A DNA stretch of 64,000 nt from an uncultured delta proteobacterium (GCA_963782055.1 CAWAIF010000003.1:288001-352000); one strand, 5' to 3'; positions 1 to 9,748 are shown, counted from the stretch's first letter. Numbers and translations are program-made. The notes: generated by a model from the letters alone, not told the origin.

Positions 1-197
1 ACGTGATGGACCTGGCGTACCCGCCTTCGATCCCCACCCGGCTCTGGAAGCAGGGGTTCATCTACCGCCTCGACGTGGAGCTGAAGCATCGCATCGGCGA
101 GGAGGTCCTCTCCGGCGCCTGGGCCTCGCTGGACGGGCGCGCCGCGCCGGCCCCTCTCCACGGCCCGGAGCAGGTGGACCTCGCGGTCCTGCGCTGA
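1..197 (+). CDS. 3' end of a gene truncated by the window edge; possibly the periplasmic C-terminal domain of a membrane glycosyltransferase
   Basis: Open frame from the edge to TGA at 195-197 with GC-rich codon pattern. 'YPPSIPTRLWKQG' resembles the P-x-x-W-x-x-G motif of C-terminal domains of GT-C-type proteins (weak). Confidence 0.45.
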   Translation, partial: VMDLAYPPSIPTRLWKQGFIYRLDVELKHRIGEEVLSGAWASLDGRAAPAPLHGPEQVDLAVLR

Positions 198-256
198 GGG
201 CAGGTTTCACAACCTGCGGGGTCCAGCCGGCCCCTTTTGTGGTAATTGGGCGCCCC

Positions 257-1567
257 ATGGACGACCGCGTCACGCCGCAGAACCTCGCCCTCTGCGCCAA
301 CCTCGGGCGCCCCCGGACCATGCTCGCCGTGGGGGCGAACCTCGCCGGGACGGTGCACGTCGCGCGCGACCGCGGGGCGAAGGTCGTCGCGCTGGAGTGG
401 GAGCCCGCGGCGCTCGATCGTACCCGCGAGGCCGCCGACGAGGCGCACGCGGCGCAGGGGGACCACCCGCTCGGCCCCGTCGCGGGCCGGCGGTTCGACC
501 TCGTCCTCTTCCAGGACCTGGACGGCCGCGCCAATCTGGACGCTCTGCTGCGCGCCGTCCCCGACCTCCTGGAGGACGGAGGTCACGTCGTCCTCGACCT
601 CCGACCCGAGTCGCAGGCCGCCGCCCGCGGGGCCTCGCTCCTCGAGCTCGCCGGCCTGGAGGTCCTTCGCACCGACATCGGCCCGCGCATGGTCAAGTCC
701 CTCGCGACCGCCTCGGTCCACCAGCTCACGCACCCCACCACCTTCGGCCTGGGGCCGCACGTCGTGTGGCCGCTCGAGCGCGTGATCGGCAAGGCCGCGC
801 CCGCGCGCTTCGCCGAGGAGGTCGTCGTGGTGGGCCGCAAGCCGCCGCGCAAGGGCCCGCTCTCCCTCACCGTCGGCATGCTCACGCTCAACGAGAAGGA
901 GTCGGTCGAGCGCATGATCGACGACATCCGGGCGGTCGCGCCGGAGGCGAAGCTCCTCCTCATCGACAGCTCGAGCGACGAGACGCCCGACCTCGCCCGC
1001 GCGAAGGGCGCGCGCGTCATCCGCCAGCTCCCGCCCCGCGGCCACGGCCCCGCCATGGAGCGGCTGATGTACGAGGCCGCCTCCGAGAGCGACGCCCTCA
1101 TCTACATCGACTGCGACTTCACCTACCCCACCGCCGAGATCCCGCACATCCTCGAGCTGTTGGAGCAGGGCGCCGACGTGGTCAACGCCAGCCGCACCGC
1201 CCGCTACCCGAAGGCGATGCCCGTCCCCAACTTCCTCGCCAACCGCATGTTCGCCGCCACCGCTCAGGTGGTGCACGGCATCCCCACGACCGACGTGCAC
1301 TCCGGGATGCGCGGCTACCGCGCCTCGGTCATCCGTGGCTTCGACTTCAGCGGGGACGGGGACGCCCTCCCGCTGGACACGCTCATCCTCCCCGCGCGGA
1401 GCAACTACCACGTCGTGGAGTACCCCATCGAGTACAGCGAGCGCGTCGGGGAGTCCAAGCTCGCCAAGCTCCGCGGCACGGTGTGGACCTTCCTGCGCAT
1501 CGCCTCGGCCGTGGGCAACGGCGACCGCGTGCGCAGCGGGCGCCACTACGATCGCCGCCGCTCCTGA
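257..1567 (+). CDS. GT2 glycosyltransferase (Dpm1/polyprenol-phosphate glycosyltransferase-like) with an N-terminal degenerate methyltransferase-like domain
   Basis: C-terminal half has 'LNEKESV', 'IDSSSDET', 'GHGPA', DxD motif 'YIDCDFTYP', 'DVHSGMRGY' and 'YSERVGESKL'. N-terminal half has 'RFDLVLF...LLEDGGHVVL'. ATG at 257 chosen. Confidence 0.85.
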   Translation: MDDRVTPQNLALCANLGRPRTMLAVGANLAGTVHVARDRGAKVVALEWEPAALDRTREAADEAHAAQGDHPLGPVAGRRFDLVLFQDLDGRANLDALLRAVPDLLEDGGHVVLDLRPESQAAARGASLLELAGLEVLRTDIGPRMVKSLATASVHQLTHPTTFGLGPHVVWPLERVIGKAAPARFAEEVVVVGRKPPRKGPLSLTVGMLTLNEKESVERMIDDIRAVAPEAKLLLIDSSSDETPDLARAKGARVIRQLPPRGHGPAMERLMYEAASESDALIYIDCDFTYPTAEIPHILELLEQGADVVNASRTARYPKAMPVPNFLANRMFAATAQVVHGIPTTDVHSGMRGYRASVIRGFDFSGDGDALPLDTLILPARSNYHVVEYPIEYSERVGESKLAKLRGTVWTFLRIASAVGNGDRVRSGRHYDRRRS

Positions 1568-1623
1568 GAGGACGCCCCGGGCCCGCGCCGTCTGCTAGCA
1601 TGCCCGGGAAAGCTGGAGGTCTC

Positions 1624-2565
1624 GTGCAATCGTTCGTCGTCGGAGGAGCGGGTTTCATCGGCAGTCACCTCATCGACCGCCTCGTGGAGCGCGGTGAGGT
1701 CACCGCGTACGACAACATGTCGGTGGGGAAGCGCGAGTTCCTCGGCGCCAACCTGGAGTCCGGCCGGGTGAAGCTGGTGGTGGGGGACGCCCTGGACCTG
1801 GAACTGCTCACCCGGTCGATGGCCGGCCACGACGTGGTCTTCCACCTGGCGGCCAACCCGGAGGCGCGCTGGGGCCTGGAGCGCACGCGCCTGGACCTGG
1901 AGCAGGGCACCATCGCCACCTACAACGCCCTGGAGGCCGCGCGGCTCAACGGCATCACCCGCTTCGTCTTCTCCTCGAGCGGCACCGTCTACGGCAACAC
2001 GGCGGAGGCGTGCGCCGAGCCGGACACGCGCCTCCTGCCCATCTCGCTGTACGGCGCGAGCAAGCTCGCGGGCGAGGCGCTCATCTCGGCGTACGTGGAG
2101 TGCTTCAGCTTCCACGGCACCATCGTCCGCTTCGGCAACGTGGTCGGCCCGCGCGGCACCCACGGCGCCATCCTGGACTTCTGCAAGAAGCTCAAGTCCC
2201 ACCCCGAGTACCTGGACGTGCTGGGAGACGGCAAGCAGGCCAAGCCCTACCTGCACGTGACCGACTGCACCGCCGGGGTGCTCTACTGCCACGACAACGC
2301 CACGGAGAAGCTGGGGATCTACAACCTGGCCCCGCCGGACTGGACCAGCGTGCGCCGCATCGCCGAGCTCTGCGTGGCGCGCTCGCCCAACCCGAAGGCG
2401 CGCGTCGAGTATGGCGGCGGGACGCAGGGCTGGCCGGGGGACGTGCCGCTCTCGCGCATCAAGCCGGACAAGCTCGCCGCGCTGGGCTTCAAGGTGCGCT
2501 TCACCTCCGACCAGGCCGTCGACCAGGCCGTGGCCGAGGTCGCGCGCGAAGTGTTCGGGGGCTGA
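1624..2565 (+). CDS. NAD-dependent nucleotide-sugar epimerase/dehydratase (extended SDR)
   Basis: GGAGFIGSH Rossmann motif, 'FHLAA', 'SSSGTVYG', YxxxK 'YGASK', 'GWPGDV'. GTG start after GGAGG; alternative ATG at 1600. Confidence 0.9.
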   Translation: MQSFVVGGAGFIGSHLIDRLVERGEVTAYDNMSVGKREFLGANLESGRVKLVVGDALDLELLTRSMAGHDVVFHLAANPEARWGLERTRLDLEQGTIATYNALEAARLNGITRFVFSSSGTVYGNTAEACAEPDTRLLPISLYGASKLAGEALISAYVECFSFHGTIVRFGNVVGPRGTHGAILDFCKKLKSHPEYLDVLGDGKQAKPYLHVTDCTAGVLYCHDNATEKLGIYNLAPPDWTSVRRIAELCVARSPNPKARVEYGGGTQGWPGDVPLSRIKPDKLAALGFKVRFTSDQAVDQAVAEVAREVFGG

Positions 2566-2568
2566 GCC

Positions 2569-3279
2569 GTGCAGGCCGTCGTGCTCGCGGGGGGGCTCGC
2601 CACCCGGCTGCGTCCCCGCACGCTGACCGTGCCGAAGTCCATGCTCCCGGTCTCCGGCCGCCCCTTCGTCGACTGGCAGCTGGAGCTCCTGGCCTCGTGC
2701 GGGATCACCGAGGTGATCATGTGCGTCGCGCACCTGGGCGAGCAGATCCGGGAGCACGTGGGCGACGGCGCGCGCCTCGGCGTGGCCGTCCGCTGGTCCG
2801 ACGAGGGCCCGACGCTCCTGGGCACCGCCGGCGCCCTGCGCGCCGCGCTGCCCATGCTGGAGGAGACCTTCCTCGTCACCTACGGCGACAGCTACCTGCC
2901 CTTCGACTACGCCGCGCCGCTCCGAGAGCTCGGCGCCCGCGCCGACTGCGACGGCGTGATGGCCGTCTTCAAGAACGACGGGCAGTGGGACGCCTCCAAC
3001 GTCCGCACCGACGGCACCTGGGTCATCCGTTACGAGAAGGGCGCCGGGGACCCGGCCTTCGACCACATCGACTACGGCGCCATCGCCCTGCGGCGCGCGG
3101 TGGTCGAGGCGCTCCCCGCCGGCGCCGCGCTCGGGCTGGACGTCGTCCAGCGCGATCTGGCCGCGCGCGGGCGCTTGCGCGCTCACGTGGTGCGTGAGAG
3201 GTTTTACGAGATCGGCTCCGAGCAAGGCCTTTCCGAGTTGGAGCGCTACCTCTCATCGCGCCAAGGAGGCGCCCCATGA
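2569..3279 (+). CDS. Sugar-1-phosphate nucleotidyltransferase (HddC-like heptose-1-P guanylyltransferase by context)
   Basis: 'LAGGLATRL', 'PKSMLPV', 'LGTAGAL', 'YGDSY', 'FYEIGS'. Stop overlaps the hddA-like start (ATGA). Confidence 0.85.
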   Translation: MQAVVLAGGLATRLRPRTLTVPKSMLPVSGRPFVDWQLELLASCGITEVIMCVAHLGEQIREHVGDGARLGVAVRWSDEGPTLLGTAGALRAALPMLEETFLVTYGDSYLPFDYAAPLRELGARADCDGVMAVFKNDGQWDASNVRTDGTWVIRYEKGAGDPAFDHIDYGAIALRRAVVEALPAGAALGLDVVQRDLAARGRLRAHVVRERFYEIGSEQGLSELERYLSSRQGGAP

Positions 3280-4271
3280 TCGTCTCGCGCGCGCCCGTCC
3301 GTTTCTCGCTCGGCGGTGGCGGCACGGACCTGCCCAGCTACTCCCGCGACCACGGCGGCTTCCTCGTCGCCGCGGCGATCGACAAGTACGTCTTCGTCGC
3401 CGCCAACCGCCGGTTCTACAAGTCGGTCCGACTCGCGTACTCCAAGACCGAGACGGTGGACTCCATCGACCAGATCGAGCACCGCATCTTCCGCGAGTCG
3501 CTCCGCTTCGAGGGGATCACCCAGGGCATCGAGCTGGTCAGCGTCGCCGACCTGCCGTCCAACTCCGGCCTCGGCTCGTCCAGCGCCTTCACCATCGCCC
3601 TGCTCAACGCGCTGCACGCGTACAAGCGCGAGTTCGTCCCGACGGCGCAGCTCGCCGACGAGGCGTGCCACATCGAGATCGACGTCCTCGGGGAGCCCAT
3701 CGGCAAGCAGGACCAGTACATCAGCGCCTTCGGCGGGATCACCGCGTTCACCTTCGACACGGACGGCACCGTCCACGTGGAGCCGGTGCCCATCAAGGAC
3801 TACGTGATGGACGAGCTGGAGAGCAGCTTGCTCATCTTCTACTCCGGCGTGGAGCGCGCGGCGTCCGCCGTGCTGAGCGAGCAGCGCAAGTCCATCAAGG
3901 CGAACAAGGACGGCGCGCTCGAGCGCATGCACCGCATCAAGCAGCTCGGCTACGACACCCGCGACATCCTGGTGAAGGGCAACCTGGACGCGTACGGCGA
4001 CCTCTTGCACGAGCACTGGACCAACAAGCGCAAGCTCGCCTCCAACATGACCGACTCGGTCATCGACGAGCACTACGAGGCGGCGCGCAAGGCCGGCGCC
4101 ATCGGCGGCAAGCTCATGGGCGCCGGCGGCGGCGGCTTCTTCATGTTCTACGTGCGCCCGGCGGACAAGCGCCGCGTCTACGAGGCCCTCGTCACCCGCG
4201 GGCTGCGCCCGCTGCGCTTCCGCTTCGACTTCGACGGCGCGCGCATCGTCGCCAACTTCCACCGTTCGTGA
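3276..4271 (+). CDS. hddA: GHMP kinase, D-glycero-alpha-D-manno-heptose-7-phosphate kinase
   Basis: 'SRAPVRFSLGGGGTD', 'GLGSSS', 'GKQDQY', 'GGKLMGAGGGGF'. Confidence 0.88.
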   Translation: MIVSRAPVRFSLGGGGTDLPSYSRDHGGFLVAAAIDKYVFVAANRRFYKSVRLAYSKTETVDSIDQIEHRIFRESLRFEGITQGIELVSVADLPSNSGLGSSSAFTIALLNALHAYKREFVPTAQLADEACHIEIDVLGEPIGKQDQYISAFGGITAFTFDTDGTVHVEPVPIKDYVMDELESSLLIFYSGVERAASAVLSEQRKSIKANKDGALERMHRIKQLGYDTRDILVKGNLDAYGDLLHEHWTNKRKLASNMTDSVIDEHYEAARKAGAIGGKLMGAGGGGFFMFYVRPADKRRVYEALVTRGLRPLRFRFDFDGARIVANFHRS

Positions 4272-4284
4272 GAGGCACCCCCGG

Positions 4285-4884
4285 ATGACCACCTTCAGCC
4301 AGCAGTTCCTCGAAGAGAGCGTCGCCCTCATCAAGGCGCTCGACACCACCAGCATCGAGGCCGTGGCCGACGGCCTCGCCGCGGTGCGCGCCGGCGGCGG
4401 GCGCCTCTTCATCCTGGGCGTCGGCGGGTCGGCCGGGCACGCCAGCCACGCGGTCAACGACTTCCGGAAGATCTGCGGCTTCGAGGCCTACACACCGACG
4501 GACAACGTCTCCGAGCTCACCGCCCGCACCAACGACGAGGGCTGGGACACCACCTTCTCCGAGTGGCTGAAGGGCTCCCGCCTGCGCGAGGACGACGCGC
4601 TCCTCATCTACTCCGTCGGCGGCGGCAACAAGGAGAAGAACGTCTCGGTCAACCTGGTGCGGGCGATGGAGCTCGCCAAGGAGCGCGGGGCGAAGGTCTT
4701 CGGCATCGTCGGCCGCGACGGCGGCTACACCAAGCAGGTCGCCGACGCGTGCGTGCTGGTGCCGGTGGTGAGCAAGGACCGCATCACCCCCCACACCGAG
4801 GGCTTCTGCGCGGTGCTCTGGCACCTGCTGGTCAGCCACCCGAAGCTGCAGATCGCCGCGACGAAGTGGGAATCGACCAAGTGA
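4285..4884 (+). CDS. gmhA: SIS-domain phosphoheptose (sedoheptulose-7-P) isomerase
   Basis: 'GVGGSAGHASH', 'LTARTNDEGW', 'SVGGG', 'GRDGG'. Lies between hddA and gmhB. Confidence 0.8.
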   Translation: MTTFSQQFLEESVALIKALDTTSIEAVADGLAAVRAGGGRLFILGVGGSAGHASHAVNDFRKICGFEAYTPTDNVSELTARTNDEGWDTTFSEWLKGSRLREDDALLIYSVGGGNKEKNVSVNLVRAMELAKERGAKVFGIVGRDGGYTKQVADACVLVPVVSKDRITPHTEGFCAVLWHLLVSHPKLQIAATKWESTK

Positions 4885-5504
4885 CCCGGGGCGTCGTCCT
4901 CGACCGCGACGGCACCCTCGTGGACGTCGTGCGCGACGAGGAGACCGGCGTCATCACGACGGCCTTTCATCCCGACCAGCTCCGCCTCCTGCCGGGCGTG
5001 GTCGAGGCGCTGCGCCAGCTCGCCGGCGCAGGCTACGTCCTCGCCATCGCCACCAACCAGCCGGGCCCGGCCAAGGGGCACTTCTCCGCCGCCGCCGTGG
5101 CGCGCACCAACGCCGCGCTGGTGGAGATGCTCGCGCGGGAGAAGGTGGAGATCGCAAAGGTTGCAGTATGCATGCATCACCCGGCGGGCGGCCCGGGCGG
5201 AGACCCCCAGCTCGTCGGGCCGTGCCGCTGCCGCAAGCCGCAGCCGGGGATGATCGAGGACCTGGCGCGCGATCTCGACCTGGACCGCGCCGCCTCGTGG
5301 GTGGTGGGAGACACCGTCTCCGACGTGGAGGCCGGCCGCGCCGCGGGGATGCGCACTGCGCTGGTGTTCGACCCGCGCCGCTGCGAGCTCTGCCCTCTGC
5401 GCGCCGGCGTCTCGTCGGTGTCCACCCTGCCCCACGTCTCGGGAAAGTCGCTGCTCGAGGTCGCGGGCGCGCTGGTCGACACGCTCGCGGCGGGAGGCGG
5501 GTAG
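4881..5504 (+). CDS. gmhB: HAD-IIIA heptose-1,7-bisphosphate phosphatase
   Basis: 'LDRDGTL', 'ATNQ', 'CMHHP...CRCRKPQPGM', 'VGDTVSDVEAG'. GTGA overlap with gmhA. Confidence 0.88.
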   Translation: MTRGVVLDRDGTLVDVVRDEETGVITTAFHPDQLRLLPGVVEALRQLAGAGYVLAIATNQPGPAKGHFSAAAVARTNAALVEMLAREKVEIAKVAVCMHHPAGGPGGDPQLVGPCRCRKPQPGMIEDLARDLDLDRAASWVVGDTVSDVEAGRAAGMRTALVFDPRRCELCPLRAGVSSVSTLPHVSGKSLLEVAGALVDTLAAGGG

Positions 5505-5505
5505 G

Positions 5506-6438
5506 ATGGGGATCCTCCGTTCGCTCGCCACCGGTCTCGGAGAGGTCGTGCTCCTCCGGCATGCCGAGGCGCGAGCGCGCGAGCGCGGCGAGGAGCGCAC
5601 GCGCGACGTGAAGGGGCTCAAGGCGGCCGCGCGGCTGCGGCTCGTCGCGTCGCGCAAGATGTCGTCGGCCGTGGCCGCGGTGGTGCTCCTCGACGCGGCG
5701 CTTCGCCTCGCCGTGGAGGCGGCGCGCGCGGAGGCGGGCGACGCCGGTGACGCGCCGGTGACCGCGGCGGAGCTGGAGCGGTACGCGCCGTCGGTGGCGC
5801 CGGCGGCGCGCGCGCGGGTGGAGGCGCACCTGGGCGACGCGGACCCCCTCGCCGTCGACGCGCTCCCCCCCGCGCACGCCGAGCGCCTGCGTGACGCGCT
5901 CGATCGCGTGGTCGGCAAGCTCCTCTCCGGCGTGGACGCGCGCTCGGTCGTCGAGCTGCGCGCGCTGCGCTACGGCCGCGTGGCCGCCCTGGTGCTGGTG
6001 CCGCTGCTGCTCCTGGGGGGCTGGGCCCGCGCGGCGCTGCTCCCGCGCAACATCGCGCTGGGCAAGCCGGTGTACACCAGCCCGCTGCGCTTCAACCCCC
6101 CGAACCCGTCGCAGGTGACCGACGGCCGCACGCGGGGCACGTACAACGTGCACACGGTGAGGCAGGCGCACCCGTTCGTCACCGTGGATTTGGAGCGCTC
6201 CTATCACGTGGACCGCGTGCGCGTGTACAACCGCGGCGACGGCTGGTTCGACGACATGGTGCCGCTCACGCTCCAGGTGTCCGAGGACGGCACGCACTTC
6301 CAGGACGCGGCGAAGCGGACCGAGGGCTTCCACGTGTGGACCGCCGACCTGGGCGGCCGCGAGGCGCGCTACGTCCGGGTGACCAAGGACCAGGGCTACA
6401 TCGCCCTCATGGAGATCGAGGTCTACGGTCGGCCGTGA
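5506..6438 (+). CDS. Membrane-anchored discoidin (F5/8 type C)-like carbohydrate-binding domain protein
   Basis: One hydrophobic segment, then 'NIALGKPV', 'TDG', 'VTVDL', 'VYNRGD', 'VSEDG', 'ARYVRV', 'EIEVYG'. Confidence 0.8.
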   Translation: MGILRSLATGLGEVVLLRHAEARARERGEERTRDVKGLKAAARLRLVASRKMSSAVAAVVLLDAALRLAVEAARAEAGDAGDAPVTAAELERYAPSVAPAARARVEAHLGDADPLAVDALPPAHAERLRDALDRVVGKLLSGVDARSVVELRALRYGRVAALVLVPLLLLGGWARAALLPRNIALGKPVYTSPLRFNPPNPSQVTDGRTRGTYNVHTVRQAHPFVTVDLERSYHVDRVRVYNRGDGWFDDMVPLTLQVSEDGTHFQDAAKRTEGFHVWTADLGGREARYVRVTKDQGYIALMEIEVYGRP

Positions 6439-8321
6439 CGCCCAACGACCCGGTTTCGCCCGAGCCGAGCGCGGCGGCGCGGAGGCCCTCGCGCGCGGCC
6501 CGCTGGGCCCGCGTGGCGCTCGACGTCTTCACGGTGCTGCTCGGCCTCGGGCTCGTCGCGCTCGTGTGCGCGCCGCTCTTCTCCCGGCTGGACTCCTACG
6601 GCACCCACGACTGGGACCAGATGCAGTCCCACCGCTACGTGATGGTGAAGACCATCCGCGTCTTCCACCAGTTCCCCTTCTGGAACCCGTGGAGCTGCGG
6701 CGGCCACACCTGGTGGGGGGGGCTGGAGAGCGGGAGCACGCTGGTCTCCCCGTGGCTGCCGGCCTACGTCTTCTTGAAGTTCCCGGTCGCCCTGCGCGTG
6801 GAGGTCACCGGCACCGCGGTGCTCTCCCTGGTCGGCACGTGGCTGCTGTCGGGGCGCTACACGCGCAGCCCGGGCGCGCGGCTGCTCGTCATCGCGGCGT
6901 TCGTCGTCACCGGACGCTGGGCCCTGCAGGTGAAGGCCGGGCACATGTGGCACCTGTACTACGCGTGGGTCCCCTTCGCGCTGTACTTCATGGACCGCGC
7001 CGCCTGCACCCCGCCGGCTGATCGCCGCAGGACCCTGCGCGAGGTCGCGCTCCTCGGGGGCGTGCTCGCGATGATGGTCTACACCGGCGCGATCTACCCG
7101 CTGCCCCAGGTCATCGTCCTGCTCGCGGTCTACTCCCTGGCGCTGGCCGTCGCGTGGCGATCGCTCCGGCCGGTGGGCCTCGCGGTGGCCGCCGGCGTCT
7201 TCTCCTTCCTCTTCGCCGCGCCGCGCCTGCTCCCCATCTTCGATATGCTCCGGCGCTTCCCGCGTCTCACCGACTCCAACGAGACGATGGACCTGGGCGC
7301 GCTGATCGGCATCTTCACCGCCCGCTCCACCGACCCGCAGCCCTCGGTCGGGCCGTGGGGGTGGCACGAGTTCGGCGCGTACATCGGGTGGGTGCCGGTC
7401 CTGCTCATGCTGGTCGCGCCCTTCGTGGCGCGACGGGCGCGGCCGCGCGCGCTCATGATCAGCGGCGTCGCGTGCATCGTGCTCGGCCTGGGCCGCTTCC
7501 ACGAGTACGCGCCGTGGGGCATCCTGCACGACCACCTGCCCATCTTCGAGTCGCAGCACGTGCCCTCGCGGTGGCTCTACGTCGCGCCGCTCCTGCTGGT
7601 GCTCACGTCGATGGCCGCGCTCGAGCGGGTGCTCTCGCGCGCGCGCCGCCGCTGGCTGCTGGAGATCGCCATGCTCTTCTCGGCCGCCTACGTCGCCCTG
7701 GACGTGGGGCTGGAGGCGCAGAAGCCGGTCGTCTCGGCGCTCACGCGCAACCCGCCGCACGTCACGCCGTCCGTCGCGCCCTACCACCAGTACAACGTCG
7801 CGCCGCCGTCGCTCCGCTACGAGTCGAGCGACTGGGCGCCCCCCAGCATGCCCGCCATGATGGCCAACGTCGGCGTCATCGACTGCGCGACCTTCCCCGG
7901 CCTGCAGACCTACTTCCGCGGCACCCCCAACAACCCCACCATCGGCCTCGGCGCGCACGGCGAGGGCGATCCGGCGTACCGCGGCGAGCTGTACACGGCC
8001 ACCGGCGTCGGCAAGCTGACCTTCACGCGCTGGACGCCCAACGACATGCGCGTCCACTACGAGGGAGCGAACCCCGGCGACACCCTGGTCCTCAATCAGA
8101 ACTGGGACCCCGGCTGGAGGGCGAACGGCAAGCCGGTGATGAACTACTCCAGCGCAGTGGGGACGGAGATCCACGGCTCGAGCGGGGACGTGGATTTCCG
8201 CTTCGTCCCGCGCTTCTTCTGGCTCGGCGTGCTGCTGCTCGTCGCGACGGCGGGCGGCCTCGTCTTCGCATTCCGCCGCCTGCCGCGCGCCCCGGCGAGC
8301 TTGCGCGAGGGGACGTCTTGA
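6435..8321 (+). CDS. Multipass GT-C-like (YfhO-type) membrane glycosyltransferase
   Basis: Acidic loop 'HDWDQ' after the first TM, 'FPFWNPW.CGG', about 11-12 hydrophobic segments, C-terminal 'NQNWDPGWRA' and a final TM. GTGA overlap with the previous gene. Confidence 0.7.
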   Translation: MTPNDPVSPEPSAAARRPSRAARWARVALDVFTVLLGLGLVALVCAPLFSRLDSYGTHDWDQMQSHRYVMVKTIRVFHQFPFWNPWSCGGHTWWGGLESGSTLVSPWLPAYVFLKFPVALRVEVTGTAVLSLVGTWLLSGRYTRSPGARLLVIAAFVVTGRWALQVKAGHMWHLYYAWVPFALYFMDRAACTPPADRRRTLREVALLGGVLAMMVYTGAIYPLPQVIVLLAVYSLALAVAWRSLRPVGLAVAAGVFSFLFAAPRLLPIFDMLRRFPRLTDSNETMDLGALIGIFTARSTDPQPSVGPWGWHEFGAYIGWVPVLLMLVAPFVARRARPRALMISGVACIVLGLGRFHEYAPWGILHDHLPIFESQHVPSRWLYVAPLLLVLTSMAALERVLSRARRRWLLEIAMLFSAAYVALDVGLEAQKPVVSALTRNPPHVTPSVAPYHQYNVAPPSLRYESSDWAPPSMPAMMANVGVIDCATFPGLQTYFRGTPNNPTIGLGAHGEGDPAYRGELYTATGVGKLTFTRWTPNDMRVHYEGANPGDTLVLNQNWDPGWRANGKPVMNYSSAVGTEIHGSSGDVDFRFVPRFFWLGVLLLVATAGGLVFAFRRLPRAPASLREGTS

Positions 8322-8343
8322 GGCACCCTCCGCCGCCGCCTCG

Positions 8344-8994
8344 ATGCCCGAGATGAAGCCCATGGATTTCGCAAATCGCGAGGGGGATCGCAACACCTCC
8401 TTCGGGGAGGCGCACCGCCAGACACCGGTCGATCGCTTCGGCGTGTGGCTCTCCTCGGTGCGCATCCGGCGCGCGGTGCGCAGCTTCGCCGGCAAGGACG
8501 TGGGCGATTTCGGCTGCGGCTTCCAGGCCGACTTCATGCGCACCGTCCTGCCGGAGGTGGCGTCGGCCACCCTGGTGGACCTCTCCCTGGCCGAGGATCT
8601 CAAGACCCACCCGAAGGTGACCGCCCTGCAGGGCGTGCTGCCCGAGATCCTGGAGAAGGTGCCCGACGCGAGCCTGGACGTCGTCCTCTGCAACAGCGTG
8701 CTCGAGCACCTCTGGAGCCCGGCGGTCGCGGTGCGTCACATGCGCCGCGTCCTGCGTCCGGGCGGGGTCGCCTTCGTGAACGTACCCTCCTGGCGCGGCA
8801 AGTTCTTCCTGGAGACCGCCGCCTTTCGCCTCCACGTGAGCCCCGCGCAGGAGATGGACGACCACAAGCGCTACTACTCGCCGCGGGAGCTCTGGACGCT
8901 CCTGGTGGAGGGTGGCTTCCGGCCGAGCGAGATCAAGGCGTGCCACACGCACAAGTTCGGGCTGAACACATTTGCCTGGTGCCGGCTGAGCTGA
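8344..8994 (+). CDS. Class I SAM-dependent methyltransferase
   Basis: 'DFGCG', 'DVVLCNSVLEHL', 'VLRPGG', 'DDHKRYY'. Confidence 0.85.
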   Translation: MPEMKPMDFANREGDRNTSFGEAHRQTPVDRFGVWLSSVRIRRAVRSFAGKDVGDFGCGFQADFMRTVLPEVASATLVDLSLAEDLKTHPKVTALQGVLPEILEKVPDASLDVVLCNSVLEHLWSPAVAVRHMRRVLRPGGVAFVNVPSWRGKFFLETAAFRLHVSPAQEMDDHKRYYSPRELWTLLVEGGFRPSEIKACHTHKFGLNTFAWCRLS

Positions 8995-9091
8995 CGCCGG
9001 CCCTCCCGCGGGGCGCGCGCCGGCCTCCGGCGAGCCCGTGGCGCGACGCCGCGGCGCGTGTGCTACACAAAGAAATTACTTAGGAGGACGA

Positions 9092-9748
9092 ATGGCCATC
9101 TTCATCGACAGCTCGGACCCCAAGGAAATCAAGGATCTCTTCGGCTGGGGGGTGCTCTCCGGCGTCACCACCAACCCGCTCATCATCTCCCGCGAGGCGC
9201 CCGACGCCGACCTGGGCGAGCGCATCCGCGAGATCCTCGCGGTGAGCTGGGGCGACGTCTCGGTGGAGCTCACGACGGAGACCGAGAAGGAGATGCTGGA
9301 GGAGGCGGCCGGCTATCACGCCTGGGACCCGCAGCGCATCACCATCAAGGTGCCGATGAGCGAGCACGGCCTGCGTGTCGTGCACGCGCTCACCAAGAAG
9401 GGCGTGAAGACCAACGTCACCTGCCTGATGGCGATGAACCAGGCGTACCTCGCCGCCCTCGCCGGGGCGACGTACGTCAGCATCTTCAGCGGGCGCGTGC
9501 GCGACATGGGCTACGACGTCTTCCCGGTCATCGAGAACACCCGCAAGGTGCTCGACCGCGAGGGCCTGGGCGCCAAGATCATCGTCGGATCCATGCGCCA
9601 CATGATGGACGTGAACGAGGCGCTCAACGCCGGCGCTCACGTCCCCACGATCACCCCGCCCATCCTGCGCAAGATGGTGTGGAACCCGCGGACGATCACC
9701 ACGATCGACGAGTTCAACACCGCCTGGAAGAACCGCGGCAAGAAGTAG
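9092..9748 (+). CDS. tal: Transaldolase (short TalC/Fsa family)
   Basis: 'IFIDS', 'GVTTNP', Schiff-base Lys in 'IKVP', 'NVTC', 'YVSIFSGR'. Strong RBS AGGAGG upstream. Confidence 0.88.
   Translation: MAIFIDSSDPKEIKDLFGWGVLSGVTTNPLIISREAPDADLGERIREILAVSWGDVSVELTTETEKEMLEEAAGYHAWDPQRITIKVPMSEHGLRVVHALTKKGVKTNVTCLMAMNQAYLAALAGATYVSIFSGRVRDMGYDVFPVIENTRKVLDREGLGAKIIVGSMRHMMDVNEALNAGAHVPTITPPILRKMVWNPRTITTIDEFNTAWKNRGKK

Noticed and set aside
397..2565. 722-aa version of the epimerase (and similar long N-terminal extensions of the SDR, GNAT, NAGPA and uppP ORFs)
   Set aside because: The extensions overlap real upstream genes in another frame. Motifs, RBSs and stop/start overlaps place the starts downstream.
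2569..5504. LPS inner-core ADP-heptose pathway
   Set aside because: The kinase is GHMP/HddA-type rather than HldE/RfaE, and no GT9 heptosyltransferase is present.
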